A stretch of 64,000 nucleotides of DNA from contig OZ320316.1 of the NCBI GenBank assembly GCA_976226885.1, forward strand, positions 46,376,001 to 46,440,000. The letters run 5' to 3'. The translations under genes were made by a program, and so were the position numbers. This DNA comes from Iphione sp. A-MEVVRFRX5. Lineage: Eukaryota. Position 1 is the first letter of the stretch, and each line of letters opens with the position of its first letter. This document shows positions 1 to 13,396 of the stretch, piece after piece. A model generated the notes under the pieces. That model had not been told where the DNA came from. It searched no databases and saw nothing but the letters and a program-made list of their open reading frames with translations.

Positions 1-922
1 AAGTTCTTAATTAATTTGGAGTTACATACCACCGCAACAAATAACATCTTAGAGAAAAAATAGGAACAAGAGAAAAGAAAGCAACAAGGAATAACAACCC
101 AGCTAGCATATAATGTTCACATTTTTTTTATCAAACATTGTGATTTTGTTACTTTAGACAAAAGACCTCCATGCAACATTTTATGAAGATTAAATAATAA
201 TTTTCACGTAATGCTCAAATGAAACATTACCGGACCATCGTGATTTGGTTAAGTTAGAGAAAACATTCACATAAGACTGTACAAACATTAAATTTACTAA
301 TGTTCAAAAACATTCATAGAACATTATGCTATGGCTAGGCTATAGTTAAACACCTCTACACACTGCTGTATAAATATTAAATATTAACCTCAGAACGAAA
401 TATTGTACTAGAACACTGTAGTTAGAAGTGGCAACCAAACTTACAGTTAGGTTACATTGGACAATGAATATGAGGAAGATTTTAACATGGTTTGATAAGA
501 AGTCAAGATAGAACATACGGACACGCAACAAAACTATATGAATGTGGATGGCAGGGTTGAAGTGGTACGGCCAATGCTCGTATCATAGTAGATAATATTA
601 TAGCTAGAAGGCAGTGGTTAATATATCAGCTTGTATAGTCCAAAGTCGCAGCATTTAAAGGGTTCTTGTGCCATTTATGCGGCGAAGTCTTAGCCCACAG
701 CGTAATCTTTCCAAGACCTATGAAGAGACGTATCTAAGACGTGCGAGACCACACATGCCTAGACTTTCTAAGATTATAGAATTTTTTTATTTGCTGGCCA
801 AACCATCCACATCTTATGTTATCAGACGGGAAAATATCCCATTTTAGGAAAACATTAAGTGCAAAAATGAAAACTCCGGCTGAAGTTTCCGCCAACCAAA
901 CACTTGGTTTAATCGTACATAA

Positions 923-1258
923 GGCCTAACAAAAAATATCTGTGTTTCCGGTAACCCGACCCACCCTGCTTTTGTCCTACTAGAACATTTTATTTCATTA
1001 TGTTTTTGTTAATATCTTTGACATGAATAATGATAGAAGCATATGCTATATACCAATTTGCTGCTCAGATCATTAGCTTTCATTTGATATATGTTTCATT
1101 AAGATCTGAACAGTAGAACCTATATTACTATATACATATGTCACTTTAAGTGAAAATTAACATTGAAAAAAAAATGAAAAAATAAAAAAAAACCCACCGA
1201 CCTACCAACTCTGTATTTTTAAGCATGTTACCGGAAACACAGAACTTTTTTTTGGGCC
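923..1258 (+). mobile_element. MITE family A (PIF/Harbinger-like), full copy
   Basis: Imperfect TIRs GGCCTAAC..TCTGTGTTTCCGGTAAC / GTTACCGGAAACACAGA..GGGCC, TAA on both flanks (920-922, 1259-1261), AT-rich non-coding interior. Confidence 0.8.
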
Positions 1259-1532
1259 TAAGTGCTAGACAGGTTTATACGTGTGCGGATATCCGCACTG
1301 TCACACGAGTGTTTAATATCTATTTTTCTTTCCTTCATATGATTAATGAGCCTTCTCTTTATTCCAAGGTACAGCTGTTATATCCTATCTAGAGCCCACA
1401 ACCTTTCCAGGATGTTTTTTTTATGAATGATTGCTCGAACAAGAATAGCGAACTGATATTATTAGTGGTGATGCCAGTAAGCCCATTAGTATAGGGATTT
1501 ACATCGGAATGTGTAGATGTGTTATGGCTTAC

Positions 1533-1566
1533 CAGTCTATGCTCATCACTGTATCCTTTCCTTTCT
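1533..1566 (-). CDS. Candidate 34-nt coding micro-exon (ERKGYSDEHRL or KGKDTVMSIDW)
   Basis: Acceptor tttttgtttctcgtag and donor G|gtaagc; two frames open. No homology recognised. Confidence 0.25.
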
Positions 1567-4452
1567 CTACGAGAAACAAAAATGATGACATTGACCTGAA
1601 TGCATTTGAGCACTAATAACTGTCACTATATGACATAATACATGTTCTTTACAAAGGTGGTAAATGAAATCTAAAAAAAACATATTTTTGTTCATTTTGG
1701 GAATGCGGCATACTACGTAAAGTACTAGCTTTGGGCATGCATACATTTTGGGATTCATCGCATGCATATGCAATATTGTTTGCCTATTGATGAGCAGCTT
1801 GGTTTGGTATGGTATGATATTTATTCTCAACGAAAGATCTTCATCTTACACTAGCAATATGTTTATCACTCTCAGTGAATACATATGTTGAATGTTATGT
1901 CTAATACAAACTTATGAAGATCTGACCATGGGAATGTAATTAATGTACCCTGCATAAACAAAATCTGGACATGGAAATGAAATAATAAGCCACTTTCACC
2001 CACTTAACGTGACCGATCGAAGCGAACAGATACACATGAGCTTGGTGACACACAGAGCCTGTTCACTGTGCTCCACAGAAGAACATGCTACACAGGCACA
2101 CGGAAATTGGGGCTTATACGGAGCTGCAGAGTCCAGTGGACCTAATGATTGTGGTACAGCAGGAAAAGGTGATAGCTACCGTATCAACCTCTTGACACAT
2201 TCACCTGATTCTTGCCTTCAAAACAGCTGTCGGATTAGTGACTGAGCCCTGTACGTGATCGAGGTTTTGTGTGTTTCAGGTGTTAGAATGTTCAAAGAAA
2301 GGTAGGTATGAAGGGTTATGAGCAACTGTAGTTGAATCTAATTCTCAATAACTATAAATCTGGCAATCGTACTTCTACTTCATATGTTCATCCCTTCTCT
2401 TATGCCGTCCTCTCAAGCCTCTACCTCTCTCACTCTGTTTCTTTTTGTTCAACTCACGTACACATTTAACCACTTTCCTCAGGGAATCGGCTCCCTCTTC
2501 CCTGTCAAAGTCCCCCATTTTCCAACTCATTCAAACGTATCCTTGTTCACCTTTCCCTTCTTCCCCTTTAACCCTTTTACGTTATGCCAATGTAATATGT
2601 TTCCAGCATCTCCTCAACTTATATTTTGCTCCTTTTCTGCAACCCTGTTATAAAGTGTTGCTCAATATCGTTATGGTACGTTCCTAGGATTAAAACGCAT
2701 TGTGATACCCTTTTTTCAGAACTTGTTTATAGGAAATTGTCACCTTGCATACTTAACTGACAGAGGGGTGCGAATATGCTCAAAGAGTTGGTAATAAAAT
2801 AAAAACGGCATAGTGGTATCTTTTCTTTGATAAAAATGCATTGTTTATACACGTACACACAAAAGACAGATATGTAGAAAGTGTGGCTGGAATCAGCCCA
2901 GTGTACTGTCATATAATGAAGATCAAGATTCCAGATTAACCCTGAAACTGTCTGTAATGCATTTGCAGAGGTGTAATAAAAGAATAGAAAAAGATAGGCA
3001 ATGAAAGGGACAGAGAGAAACGATAGACGGGGGCAAAGAAGAACAAAAATAAAACCCTAAGAAATCGGTCCCTGTTGGCTATGCTTACATTATCCTTTCT
3101 GTACTAGCTACATATTGTTCTCTGTAGAGCCTATTCAGAATGATATTATTGCTTTTGTATTAACGTAGGAGAAGTAAAAAATTCTTTGTATACTTTTGGA
3201 GCCTAATACTTATGTTGATGTTTTGATTAATGGGCCCCCGTGCCAGTAGTGGGATCTGTTGGAAGAATGCGTCTTCCTCTTTTCTATGCTACTCTACAGC
3301 TAATTTAAAATCCAGGCATGTGGCAAGTGTGCAACATGCTATTCTGAAATTACAGACAATTATAATCATGCTGAAGATAATAACTGAATGGAACGTTATT
3401 TTGGAGTGTGTAACGTTTTTACTACTGAAACATGTTGCCTATAGGCTACATAACTGATAATTAGCAACATCAATACCCTACTCAATAACAGCCTTGGATT
3501 CAATGATGTACAGTGACAAGAAGCAGGCTGAACCCTTTAATTAATGTTTTAGGCGAAATATTCCAAGTCCTGTCCCGGAAATGTCCATGTAACAACCAGC
3601 TGTGACATACTACCAACATATACCTAAGTTCATCACTGTCTAGTCCTTTGCTAAGTTCTACTGTAGTTATGGTGTGATCATTAGGAAACTTAATCGACCT
3701 TCTTTGCTTAGGCCCTTCCTGACTGGCAATGGGCATTGGACACCTAACCATGGCAGTATTGTATAAAAAATTTAAAAAGGGTTAAAAATCATCTAAACAC
3801 ATTTTCCTAACCTCAAACAACATTTTGGTATAATTATAATTTGTTCTTGTACAATAAAGAAGTCACTAAAATCAAAACTGTTCTCATACATACATAATCA
3901 TTCCATAAAAATGATGATTTAGCATGGTCGGGATAGAATTAATGAAGCACATTTAATCTTGGTTCATTAGCAATTCCCTTGTACTAGCTCTATGCATGTA
4001 TACATATAGATAGACATGCAAAAGTGACAGAAGGAAGTGGGGTGACATCGGGGCCATCAAATAAACTAGTTTTGTGTGAAGATGAAAAAGTTACTGGTCC
4101 GAGGAAGGGGGATTGATAAGAGAAGAGTAGTAGGTCAGAATGAAGACTATCTATGGGACAAGATAATTTTGTCCTTAAATGGGAGCTGTCCTGTTTACTG
4201 AGTTAGCTATATTGTAGAAAAGAAGCATGGGGACAGCCAAAGCTTGCTTTGAATGCTGAGCTGCCTCACTTGTCGAATTGCCCATAAGGTGAGTAACTAC
4301 CGTATACACAAATGGTAAATTCAAGTAGATGTTTAAAACAAAATACAAACGCGTTTTCGTTACTATGGGGAAGACCATTGGAACACTATGATAAATATTA
4401 AAATAAAGAAGCAATGCCAAAATGACACTTGTAAAGAGGAAATAAACATTAC

Positions 4453-4504
4453 CCTTGCTCTGTTGTGGCTTCCGTATGAGAGACTTCAGTTTCGTCAGTG
4501 TCTT
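4453..4504 (-). CDS. Candidate 52-nt coding exon (DTDETEVSHTEATTEQ or KTLTKLKSLIRKPQQSK)
   Basis: Acceptor ccttgtttgtcag and donor AGG|gtaatg; two frames open. Confidence 0.25.
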
Positions 4505-5271
4505 CTGACAAACAAGGATGGCAGTACTGTTTGCTAACTTACTTACACGTCCCTCCTTACACCGGCCTACCTCCTGGTTTCAAGCATCCCGAAGCTGATT
4601 GGACAATGGAGTGGTTCAATCGATACGTTATCACATGAGCAGGGGGAGGGCGATCGACTATATTTGTTGGGCATTGATCGATATTTTAAAATCCTCTAGA
4701 TTGTCGTCAAATTCTCTCATACATGGACACTTTACCACAGACCTCTCTGATGATGTTTGTAATCCATATAAATTTATCTCGGTGAAATAATTATGGTGGT
4801 TACTAGAGACCTTTAAACTCAGTTGAACTGTTTTCACAGAGGGATTGACTCTGCCCGCCCACCCTCATCCCCTCATCAGTACTATCGGACCTTTCCCCCT
4901 AACACTGACTGTATGTCAATGTCCTCTTATCAAAGGTTGGTATAAGAGGAGAGATTGAGCCATGTGGGGTTTGACGTCAGTACGTCTGACGTCAAGATTA
5001 CCGCGAATAGCCCTGCCTTATCCGAAAAAAGAACTAAATAAGGATGATCTCACATAATAATATATATATATCATGCACTATGTATATATCTTTTGTTATC
5101 GGGGTGGTCGCAGCATGAAGATTTGTGAACATGCGTATCTCAATACATATACATGTTCATATACATAGGTACAGTCAAATATTATTCAGTCAGCTTCACT
5201 CCTCATCTAGGACAATGTATATTATTCAGTCACGCTCTTTCATCATCTAGGATAATATATAATCAGCATGA

Positions 5272-5472
5272 AGCCTGAATAAATATCTGTGTTTCCGAGA
5301 CAATAAAAATACAAATTTTTCTTTGTCTTCGTTGTTAATGATGATTTGTATAAGTCTTTATCTTCCTTTTTACTGAAGATATTTACAGAACAATAACAAA
5401 TTAAAAAGCTCCTTTAGCACAAAATTTAGGGTGGGTTGGGTCACCATAAACACGGAATTGTTTATTTAGGCC
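5272..5472 (-). mobile_element. MITE family A, degraded short copy
   Basis: Ends ..atctgtgtttccgag.. and gggtgggttgggtcacc..aaacacgga..ttaggcc|taa resemble family A termini in reverse orientation. Confidence 0.55.
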
Positions 5473-7397
5473 TAACAGATAAAAAATCATGCACAGAGAA
5501 AACAGTAAAGTGGGCTCTGGTGGTATTTCGAGATGGCCTAACATCACACGAACACGCATGGCGGAACCGACACTGCTCTTTCCTACATTATAATTTCCAT
5601 GTATGGTATGTCACTTGCAACTATATCAACATCCGGATGAATGGACAATGGGTGCCGAATCTACACTATAAAATGACGGGATAACCATGATGCGATGGAC
5701 AGCGTATCTTAATGCATCCGTTTTATACACAAGTTGGAGAGAGGGGATAGGAGGTTTAATAGAAAATGAGAGAAGAACTAACGTAGATAGGGTGCCTCTC
5801 CTTCAGAACTCCAATCAGAACTCGACCTTCTAGGAAAAAAACAAAAATCAGTTCCAGATAAGCATGATAAACAATGACAGCGCTATCGCGTTGCGGTGTT
5901 ATAAAATAAATCATTTTATCGAGTTAGTGTTTCTCCAGTTGGCATTCTTTTTCGAAGGCGTTTTTCACGTCGTCAGCACTTTAGCACTCCACTTGCACTG
6001 TTCCTCTTTCAGCATTTTGTTCTAGAAGGAGGGGAACAGAAAGAGAGCGAGAGGAATTGGACAAATGGTTATATATCTAGCGGGATTCAGTGCATCGGAC
6101 GGACGTGCCCGGTTAAAGGGGAAGGGAAAACGGAGGGACAGTGAAAAGTGGCGGGGGGATAGGGCCGTGGGAAATGACGGAGATGAAGACAGATAAGTGG
6201 GGCTACGAAATTCTGGTGTAATAAGGTAAGTGGTAGACTGTATTAGTCAGTTTACTGGAGCTTCTTTATTACAGGAAAGATCACAAAAATGCTAAGAGTG
6301 AACCACTTATTCAGCATATTTCTAGGCATACTCCAGCAAACAGTTACTAGGCTAAGTCTTATACACATATCAACGAGTATGCATATATGAGATCCACAAG
6401 CCACTAGTTAACCTCTACAAGTCATATTCTGATTTTCAAATGTCACCCAGCGGGTAATCTGTATACAACCATGCTCTGATACATAAAACTAATTTTCTAG
6501 CATGTTTTCACCCCGAAAGGTGTGATATACCATACCTGTCCAGTGTCATTGTACATTGTTCATACATAATATGGTATAATCTTTGATGTGCAATGTCGGA
6601 GAAGAAAAATCCTTCTGTGTGAACCTTCCCCTTGACCCACTATACTTAACTTAAATACTTTTAACGGTACACTTAACAGTATGTCACAATAGTTCATTGT
6701 TCCTAAAGTCCACAAAGTCCATTTTTGTCTCTCCATTTCCCTTTCTCTATCTTTTCTTTCTCGCTCTCTATGTGTATAATCTATTCAACAATGCTTTCTA
6801 ACACTAGGATTTTAGTCTTCGTATCTTGACATAAGGTATATTCAGTTATTCAAAATTTATTCTAACAAATGTGGAAATAATGGTTGCAAAATGATCTATC
6901 GTTGTCCGTCTTCCTTTTATCATATTGTTCTAAACTACTAATGCTGTCTGTTTATTGTCTGTGTTTCAATTGCTCTGTCACTCTCTATTTATGTGTCAAT
7001 GCTTGCCAGGCTTTCGTTCACTCCGTCTGTCTGTCAGATAGTCTCCGTCTATAGGTCTATCTCTGTTCCTCTGTTGCTGTCTTTCTTTTTTTTCTCTCTG
7101 TACCGTAATATAGATATCCCTAAAATAAGACTAAAGCATGGCAAATGTACTGCTATACGGGCCAAAGAACTGGACATGAAAACTACAACCTGTACGCCAG
7201 TATTATGCGCTATGCATGTAAGTGTGGTTTACGTATGAAAGTAACTAATTTAGGGATTTTACAGGCGAGGGTAGTTATGGCTCCAGAGCCGTAGCCATAT
7301 GTTTCATACGGGGGCATGTGAACCCGACCTAACTGGTGGATTAAACTGCACATATATATGTCATTGCATGAAATGAACTAGTAATCTTTGAAAATAA

Positions 7398-7690
7398 GAC
7401 CTAATAAAAAAAGGTTCTGTGTTCCCAGTAACCCGACCGACCCTGCATACATTAAAGCCAATTGTGATATATTTTGTTCTTGTTTTGTGAATATCTCCAG
7501 ATTGAATGAGGTTAGACATTTGTTCTCTATACAATTTTCTTCCTTGTAACATTAGCTTTCATATGATATCACTTCCATTAAGATTTAAGTAGTATAGGTG
7601 GTGTTACCATGTGCATTTGTGACTTTTAGTATCAGGTGACATTGCCAAAAAAAAAGACCCTATCTTTTTTGGGCTTCTTACCGGAATCTC
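7398..7690 (+). mobile_element. MITE family A, right end degraded
   Basis: taa|gacctaataaaaaaaggttctgtgttcccagtaacccgaccgaccctg matches the left TIR; interior matches copy 923-1258. Confidence 0.65.
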
Positions 7691-9588
7691 GTTTAATATA
7701 CAGCACAGTGCAAAAGTGATACATCGGAGCAAGTAAGCAAACCACCCTTAGGGCAAAATCAGTGCGTTCTGAGAAATTCCACATGCACATCCAGGAGAGT
7801 GTCTTTTGTGTAGCGTGAATCGATTGCATGAATCTACTGCTTGAAGTGTTCCTGTAACTGTGTTCCTGTAAGACTTCTCGCTAGACGTGCAGAGAACATT
7901 GCCTGAACTTACAAAACCTACACACGGTAGGAAGACCTGAAAGTACATCACCATGACGACCACTACCAGAACACTTACATGTATCTATAGAGGGCCGAAA
8001 ATGCTGGCTCGTCAAAACTCGATAGCATATCACAGGAACATAGCTCACCATTTTAAAATTACTAACAAAATGCTTTTAAATTGCCATGAATGGAAGCATC
8101 CATCCACAGGTGCATGTACATAAAAAGATACGCATTCCTATTAGTGTAAAAAAGGTGGTCCTAGATTATCATATCAGCAAATACTGATATACTATCACTG
8201 TTTGATAAGCATTTGTTGGCATACACCTTAATATCTTATCAATGGTTCTTCAATATTTTACCACCTTATCTCTGGTCCCTGAAGAAGTACGGGAAGAGAC
8301 GGGAAGGGAATATTTATAGGTGAACCTTCCCAGTACTGTCGGGGATGTGTAATACTTCTAATAGATCGATGCGAAGCTTGTGTGTTTCGAGATTCGTAGA
8401 TAAGAGGAAAAAGACGTCATGTTAATGAGATGAGAATGTGAAACCTCACTTCACCCTTTCTAAGTTCAAGGGTGATCCTTTATCATGGAACACAATTCCA
8501 ACAGTGCTGACGTCACATCATGAAAATTTGAACATGGCTGAGTGGATGAAATAAAGTATAACCCCGTGCACACCATACACAGTGACACTATACACCAAAA
8601 AGATCCTGTTTTGCTGAAAAATTAGTGTTGTTCTGCATTTCGGGATAGTTTTGAGGCGCACTTCTCAAACCGTGCCACGTTAGAATAGATGTTTCGATAT
8701 TAAGAGGCGCCCTTTCAGTAACTCGCGTCGTCTCCTTTGTCTTATGTTTTCCGAACTTCCTGTATCAAGTTTTGTCGTCTACGTTTCTATTTCTATCTGG
8801 TTTTCCACAAATCTAGGAAACATATGCTCTCCCCTCTAACCTGTCTATATTCGATAGGCTAGCCCTATAGCCGGCATGGACACTGGACTTCGTTTTCTAT
8901 GAGCCCTGGAAGTAATCATTGTGTAGCAGGCCTACGATACGGTTATCCATTTCACACCACCTGTATACAGTTATATACATATATTTTTATATAAACACAG
9001 AGGCACGCAAGAGGAACCTGTTGTGTGGTAAAACGAAATGTTACCTACATTTTGTCCAGGGAATACGAAAAAAATATTGTCCCTAGTCAACAATCATTGT
9101 GTTATGCATCCCAATATACTATAGAATTTTGCTGGCTGCTAATCTTTTGTCAGCTGTTACTGTTTAGGAATCCATAATTTGGCTTTTTTTATCTGTCGGT
9201 CTGTTTCTCGCCCAGATACACACATACACATATAGGCAGCAGTCTATTTGTTTCACTGGTCCGTAGAATTGCTTGTTACCAATACAAAAGCTCCGTTCCC
9301 CGCACATCGCCATTCCCTCTCACCTCATCTGTTTCAATCGGAGAGTCCCTTGAACATGTATGTATGAAACGTGTTTTATTAATTGTATGTTTTTTCATTC
9401 CATTACCATGTGCAGCATATTTTATACATGTTGTATATATGTACATAAATCAGTTATAAATTAAGAACTGTATATAAGTGTAAATAGGTTTAAGAAAATG
9501 GACTTATGTAGTAGCATACGCTGGCATATGTGATTTGCCAGGATCAATAAACTTTGAAAAAAAATCAGCTCGTCCAGCCTGCACCTAC

Positions 9589-9620
9589 CTTCAATTCCAC
9601 AAGCCTCCTCCAGAAAACGT
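9589..9620 (-). CDS. Candidate 32-nt coding micro-exon (RFLEEACGIE)
   Basis: Acceptor ttttccgttgttag and donor AAG|gtaggt. Confidence 0.25.
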
Positions 9621-9914
9621 CTAACAACGGAAAATGAACAGCGCGCCCCTATTACGTCTAACCTAAACTCTGTCTGCCCCTCCCGCAAGTCGCCCAACTG
9701 AACGTATACATGATAATGAGAATGGCGAGTAGTGCTAACGACCGACAGGTGGTCAAATTCAGCGAACCCTGGAAGTTGAACATGGAGCTATATTTGGCAG
9801 ATTATATTACTTTACGATGGGTGGGAGAGAGTCTGAGAGAAACTGTTTGGTCATTAACAACAGGGGACACTGAAGAGAACAAGAGGTATCCTAGAGCGGC
9901 GAAATGTTTCCTTA

Positions 9915-10230
9915 GGCCTAAAAAGATGTCTGTGTTTCAGTACCATGTTATAAATATAGAGGACCGGTTGGTAGTTTGTTTTGTTTTTCTACTTATTTGC
10001 AGTGTCAATTACCACCAAAAGTAACAAATGCATATGGAAAGCTAGGTTCTTCTGCTTTGATTTTAATGAAATACATAACACATGATAGCTTATGAAATAA
10101 GCTACAAGATGTGTTAAAATATATGTCTTTGTTGTTAGGCATTCCAGTGATATTCACAAAAGAAGAAAAAATAAGTTGCAATTGGTCGTAATTAAGGTAG
10201 GGTCGGTCGGGTTACTGGAAACACAGAACT
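9915..10230 (-). mobile_element. MITE family A, reverse-orientation copy
   Basis: tta|ggcctaaaaagatgtctgtgtttcag at the left; gtagggtcggtcgggttactggaaacacagaact at the right; interior 10040-10180 resembles the reverse complement of the family A core. Confidence 0.65.
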
Positions 10231-10568
10231 GAGCAAACAAGCCTCCATTTGATTAACCCTGATTGATTTGGCCAATTAAATTCCAATATCAAACCGCTGG
10301 GCTTTGTAACACAGTTTCGATAGAACGTCTTGTGTGAGTGGATAAGAAAAAGGGAGTTACATTGTATATTGTGGAATGTATATTGTGAAATAAAATACAA
10401 TGTTGTACAGTGTATAGATAAATGAATTACAAGTAAAGCCTTATGCGAAGTATGTTAATGTTTACTGAGAAAATTTTCATTTGCACTACACGGGATGTGG
10501 TCTATCTTTTGTCTACTTCGCAATTCTTTGCTTATCAGTAACCAGAGCTCTGTCGTTAAAGTAACAGT

Positions 10569-10872
10569 TGTTCACATGGTGCTCAGACGCGGCTACAAGA
10601 TAGCGTGTACGGGGATGCTTTGCCGCTACCCTGGATACGAGGTGCTATTGACGTCATAGAGTAAAACCTTAATGATGCTTTGTTTGAGCAAGATGTATTT
10701 GACACTTGATGGACGACCGTATCCGGCTCGTCCAGTATATAAGGTTGGTGGTCCAAGGAGTTAGTCGGACTCGCCCGGGTTGCTGCTGATGACGATTGTA
10801 ACTGCGTACTCCGAAGCTGAAGAATAAAAGGCTGACATCGAACCTGACTCGTGGTGTTGCTTTTGTGCTACA
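10569..10872 (+). mobile_element. Putative solo LTR
   Basis: TGT...ACA ends, TATATAA at 10736, AATAAA at 10823, GC-richer than flanks. No TSD found. Confidence 0.4.
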
Positions 10873-11151
10873 GCTTTCTTTGCTTCATATTATATCATGT
10901 TAGAAATTCCTTATGCATAGGCCAATATAACCAAACTGCACTATTTTAGACAAATTACTAACCAAATTACAACTTTCTAGGAACATTTTATACTTGTGCT
11001 ATGTGAGTGTTATGATTTTGCATTTATACAAATTGTTTGAAGGACTTCCTCTAAGCTAGCTATCATGAAGCCTAGAACGTCCCAAATTTGACATTTAGGA
11101 TCATTGCCAAAATTTAATGTAAATTGGGACTTGCTATCAAATGGTCATTCA

Positions 11152-11489
11152 GGCCTAAACAAAACATACCTGTGTTTCCGGTAACCTGACTTGCCCCTAA
11201 TTTTAGTACCAATGGAAAATTTTATTTTTTTCTTGTTTTGTGAATATCTTTGGCATGAAAGATGATAGAAACATATACTATACATCATTTTGTTGCTCCT
11301 TATTACCTCTCATTTGATGTATGTTTCATTAAAATCTAAGCAGTAGAACTGATCTTACCATATACATTTGTTACTTTGAGAGGCAATTAACATTGGGAAA
11401 GAAAAGAGAAAAATAAAAAAAATACCACTTACCGACCAACCCTGTATATTTTTAGCTTGTTACTGGAAACACAGAACTCTTTTTAGGCC
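11152..11489 (+). mobile_element. MITE family A, full copy
   Basis: GGCCTAAAC..CTGTGTTTCCGGTAAC and GTTACTGGAAACACAGAAC..AGGCC|TAA; colinear with 923-1258. Confidence 0.8.
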
Positions 11490-11653
11490 TAATGGAAGAG
11501 TGTTAGGTGAGCCAGATTCAACTTCATGGATTCAACTTCAGGGGTCTGAAATGGCTTTTTCTTAAGTCTAGTATATACCTCTTTGTTGTAGGTGTGGCAA
11601 GATTTGGGAATCTTGGGTAAGCTGGATCTGATACTGTTTCCAAAATTGATTTA

Positions 11654-12179
11654 CAGAGGAGACTCCAAAACCGAACACTCCAAAACCGAATTTCCTCAAA
11701 TCCGAACAATATTTCCTGGAACCAAACGTTTTTCTCTAATTAGACACTCATATATTTTAGACACTCATATATAAAATTGCAATTTTCGAATCCGAATGAT
11801 ATTATTTGGGTAAATTAGTTAAAATTACACTCAAAAACCAAATGCTCTCCCACAAGTTCGCTGCCTTTGAAGGGTTCGCACCTGGGCCGACACCTGTTGG
11901 CTTGAGTCTGGCCTGGTCGCTCTCCCCCCAAGTTCGTTATAATCAAAGCGAATTGCTCCCGTTTGATGAGCTCACACCTTGGCGAGCTAAATGAGAGCCC
12001 CCCAGTCCCTCTCCCCGTATTGTATTTTTGTAGGTATGAAAACCGTTAAGGTAGGGCCTGGGCCCCCCTAACTGTGTGAAATTGACAGTGGCCTTAGGCC
12101 ACTATTCTAAATCCGAATTATCCCAAAACTGAACGATTTTGGCAGGAACGGCGATTGTTCGGTTTTGGAGTATCCTCTG
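11654..12179 (+). mobile_element. MITE family B (Tc1/mariner-like, TA TSD)
   Basis: 23-bp TIRs CAGAGGAGACTCCAAAACCGAAC / GTTCGGTTTTGGAGTATCCTCTG (1 mismatch), TA on both flanks. Confidence 0.85.
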
Positions 12180-12214
12180 TATTTATTTTAGATTTTCACA
12201 GGGACAATAGTTGG

Positions 12215-12540
12215 AGTAATCCAAGTAGAGTTTAACCTTATTACAATTATTACCTTATTATCACCTTTTAAGATTTTTATCAAGGGGGACTCATCAGTAA
12301 CAACAGCTGTATTCAAGAAGGCTGATTGCAGCTCTTAGGTTAGATTTTAATCTACTTTTGAACAACGTTTTGGGTAAGAGAGTCATCTCAGAAGGCAGTT
12401 TATTGCAAGGTGTGACCCCCTTGTATATGAAGCTATTTCTAAATGGCATTAGCCTAGGTCTGGAAGAATCGATGTCCTGCTCCTTTCTTATTCCAACTAC
12501 AAAGAGACAACATTGATATATCATAGATCAGCAACATCAG
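12215..12540 (-). mobile_element. 5'-truncated CR1/L2-like LINE 3' end
   Basis: Translation RPRLMPFRNSFIYKGVTPCNKLP..FKSRLK is the typical ORF2 C-terminus (SF-Y-G---WN-LP), followed by a taataagg-like simple tail. Confidence 0.6.
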
Positions 12541-13396
12541 ACCATAATCCATCTTATTGTACAAAATTATTATATTTTGACTTGTAGCCAATTGTCATCG
12601 ACCTACCTTGACATGCCTGGGTTAACTATAGCATTACATAGGACATGATACCAACATCTCTCCAATTTATGCTTATCCTCTACGTTTGACCCGTAATAAG
12701 GGAATGACATAATCGATATGTGGAATTTGGATGCTAGAATTAATTTTTCTCATAAGATTTCTATCAAAGAAATATCTGACCCTAAGGAGAAAAAACAAAC
12801 GGAGTTAATCTTCTTTATCTTTTGATCAAGCAGCCTTTTATATGACAGCCGGTAATCAAATTAGAAACCTAAAAAACTAAATTGAGAAACCTTCGAAAGA
12901 TCCGCCCCTTCGAGTTTAAATCCGGTCGGAACTGCGTCGCTCTCCCAAAATCATACATTTAGATATTGTCGTGTATAGCATCAATCTGTTGTGCCCACAC
13001 CATGCTTCTATGAGCTTTAATGAGTGCATTTTATTCACTTCTTGGGTGAACAGTTTCATAAGGTCTTCCAGCAAAGTCTGGCAAGGTACATACAACTCAT
13101 TGGATATGATTTCTAGATTACATATACTAAATGATACATGCTTGACTTAAATAACCTTTGTAGTCTGTCTCCTGATCTTTGTTGGAATATTTACAGGTTT
13201 CTGCTAGCTACCAATAAATGTCTTGTAATGGTATACTATTTACTGATGCTGGGTTATGTAAAATACAGTTTGTATTTGTCTGAAATAGTCAGCGACATCA
13301 TTTCATGGTACCTTCTCATAGTAACTTCAAATTTTCAATAGTTCGTAGTTTACATCTGACTTTCAATGCAGAAATAGAGAAATACCGGTATCATTG

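Noticed and set aside
2009-2310. Plus-strand exon-like segments (AYTELQSPVDLMIVVQQEK)
   Set aside because: Splice signals ambiguous, no partner exons or homology.
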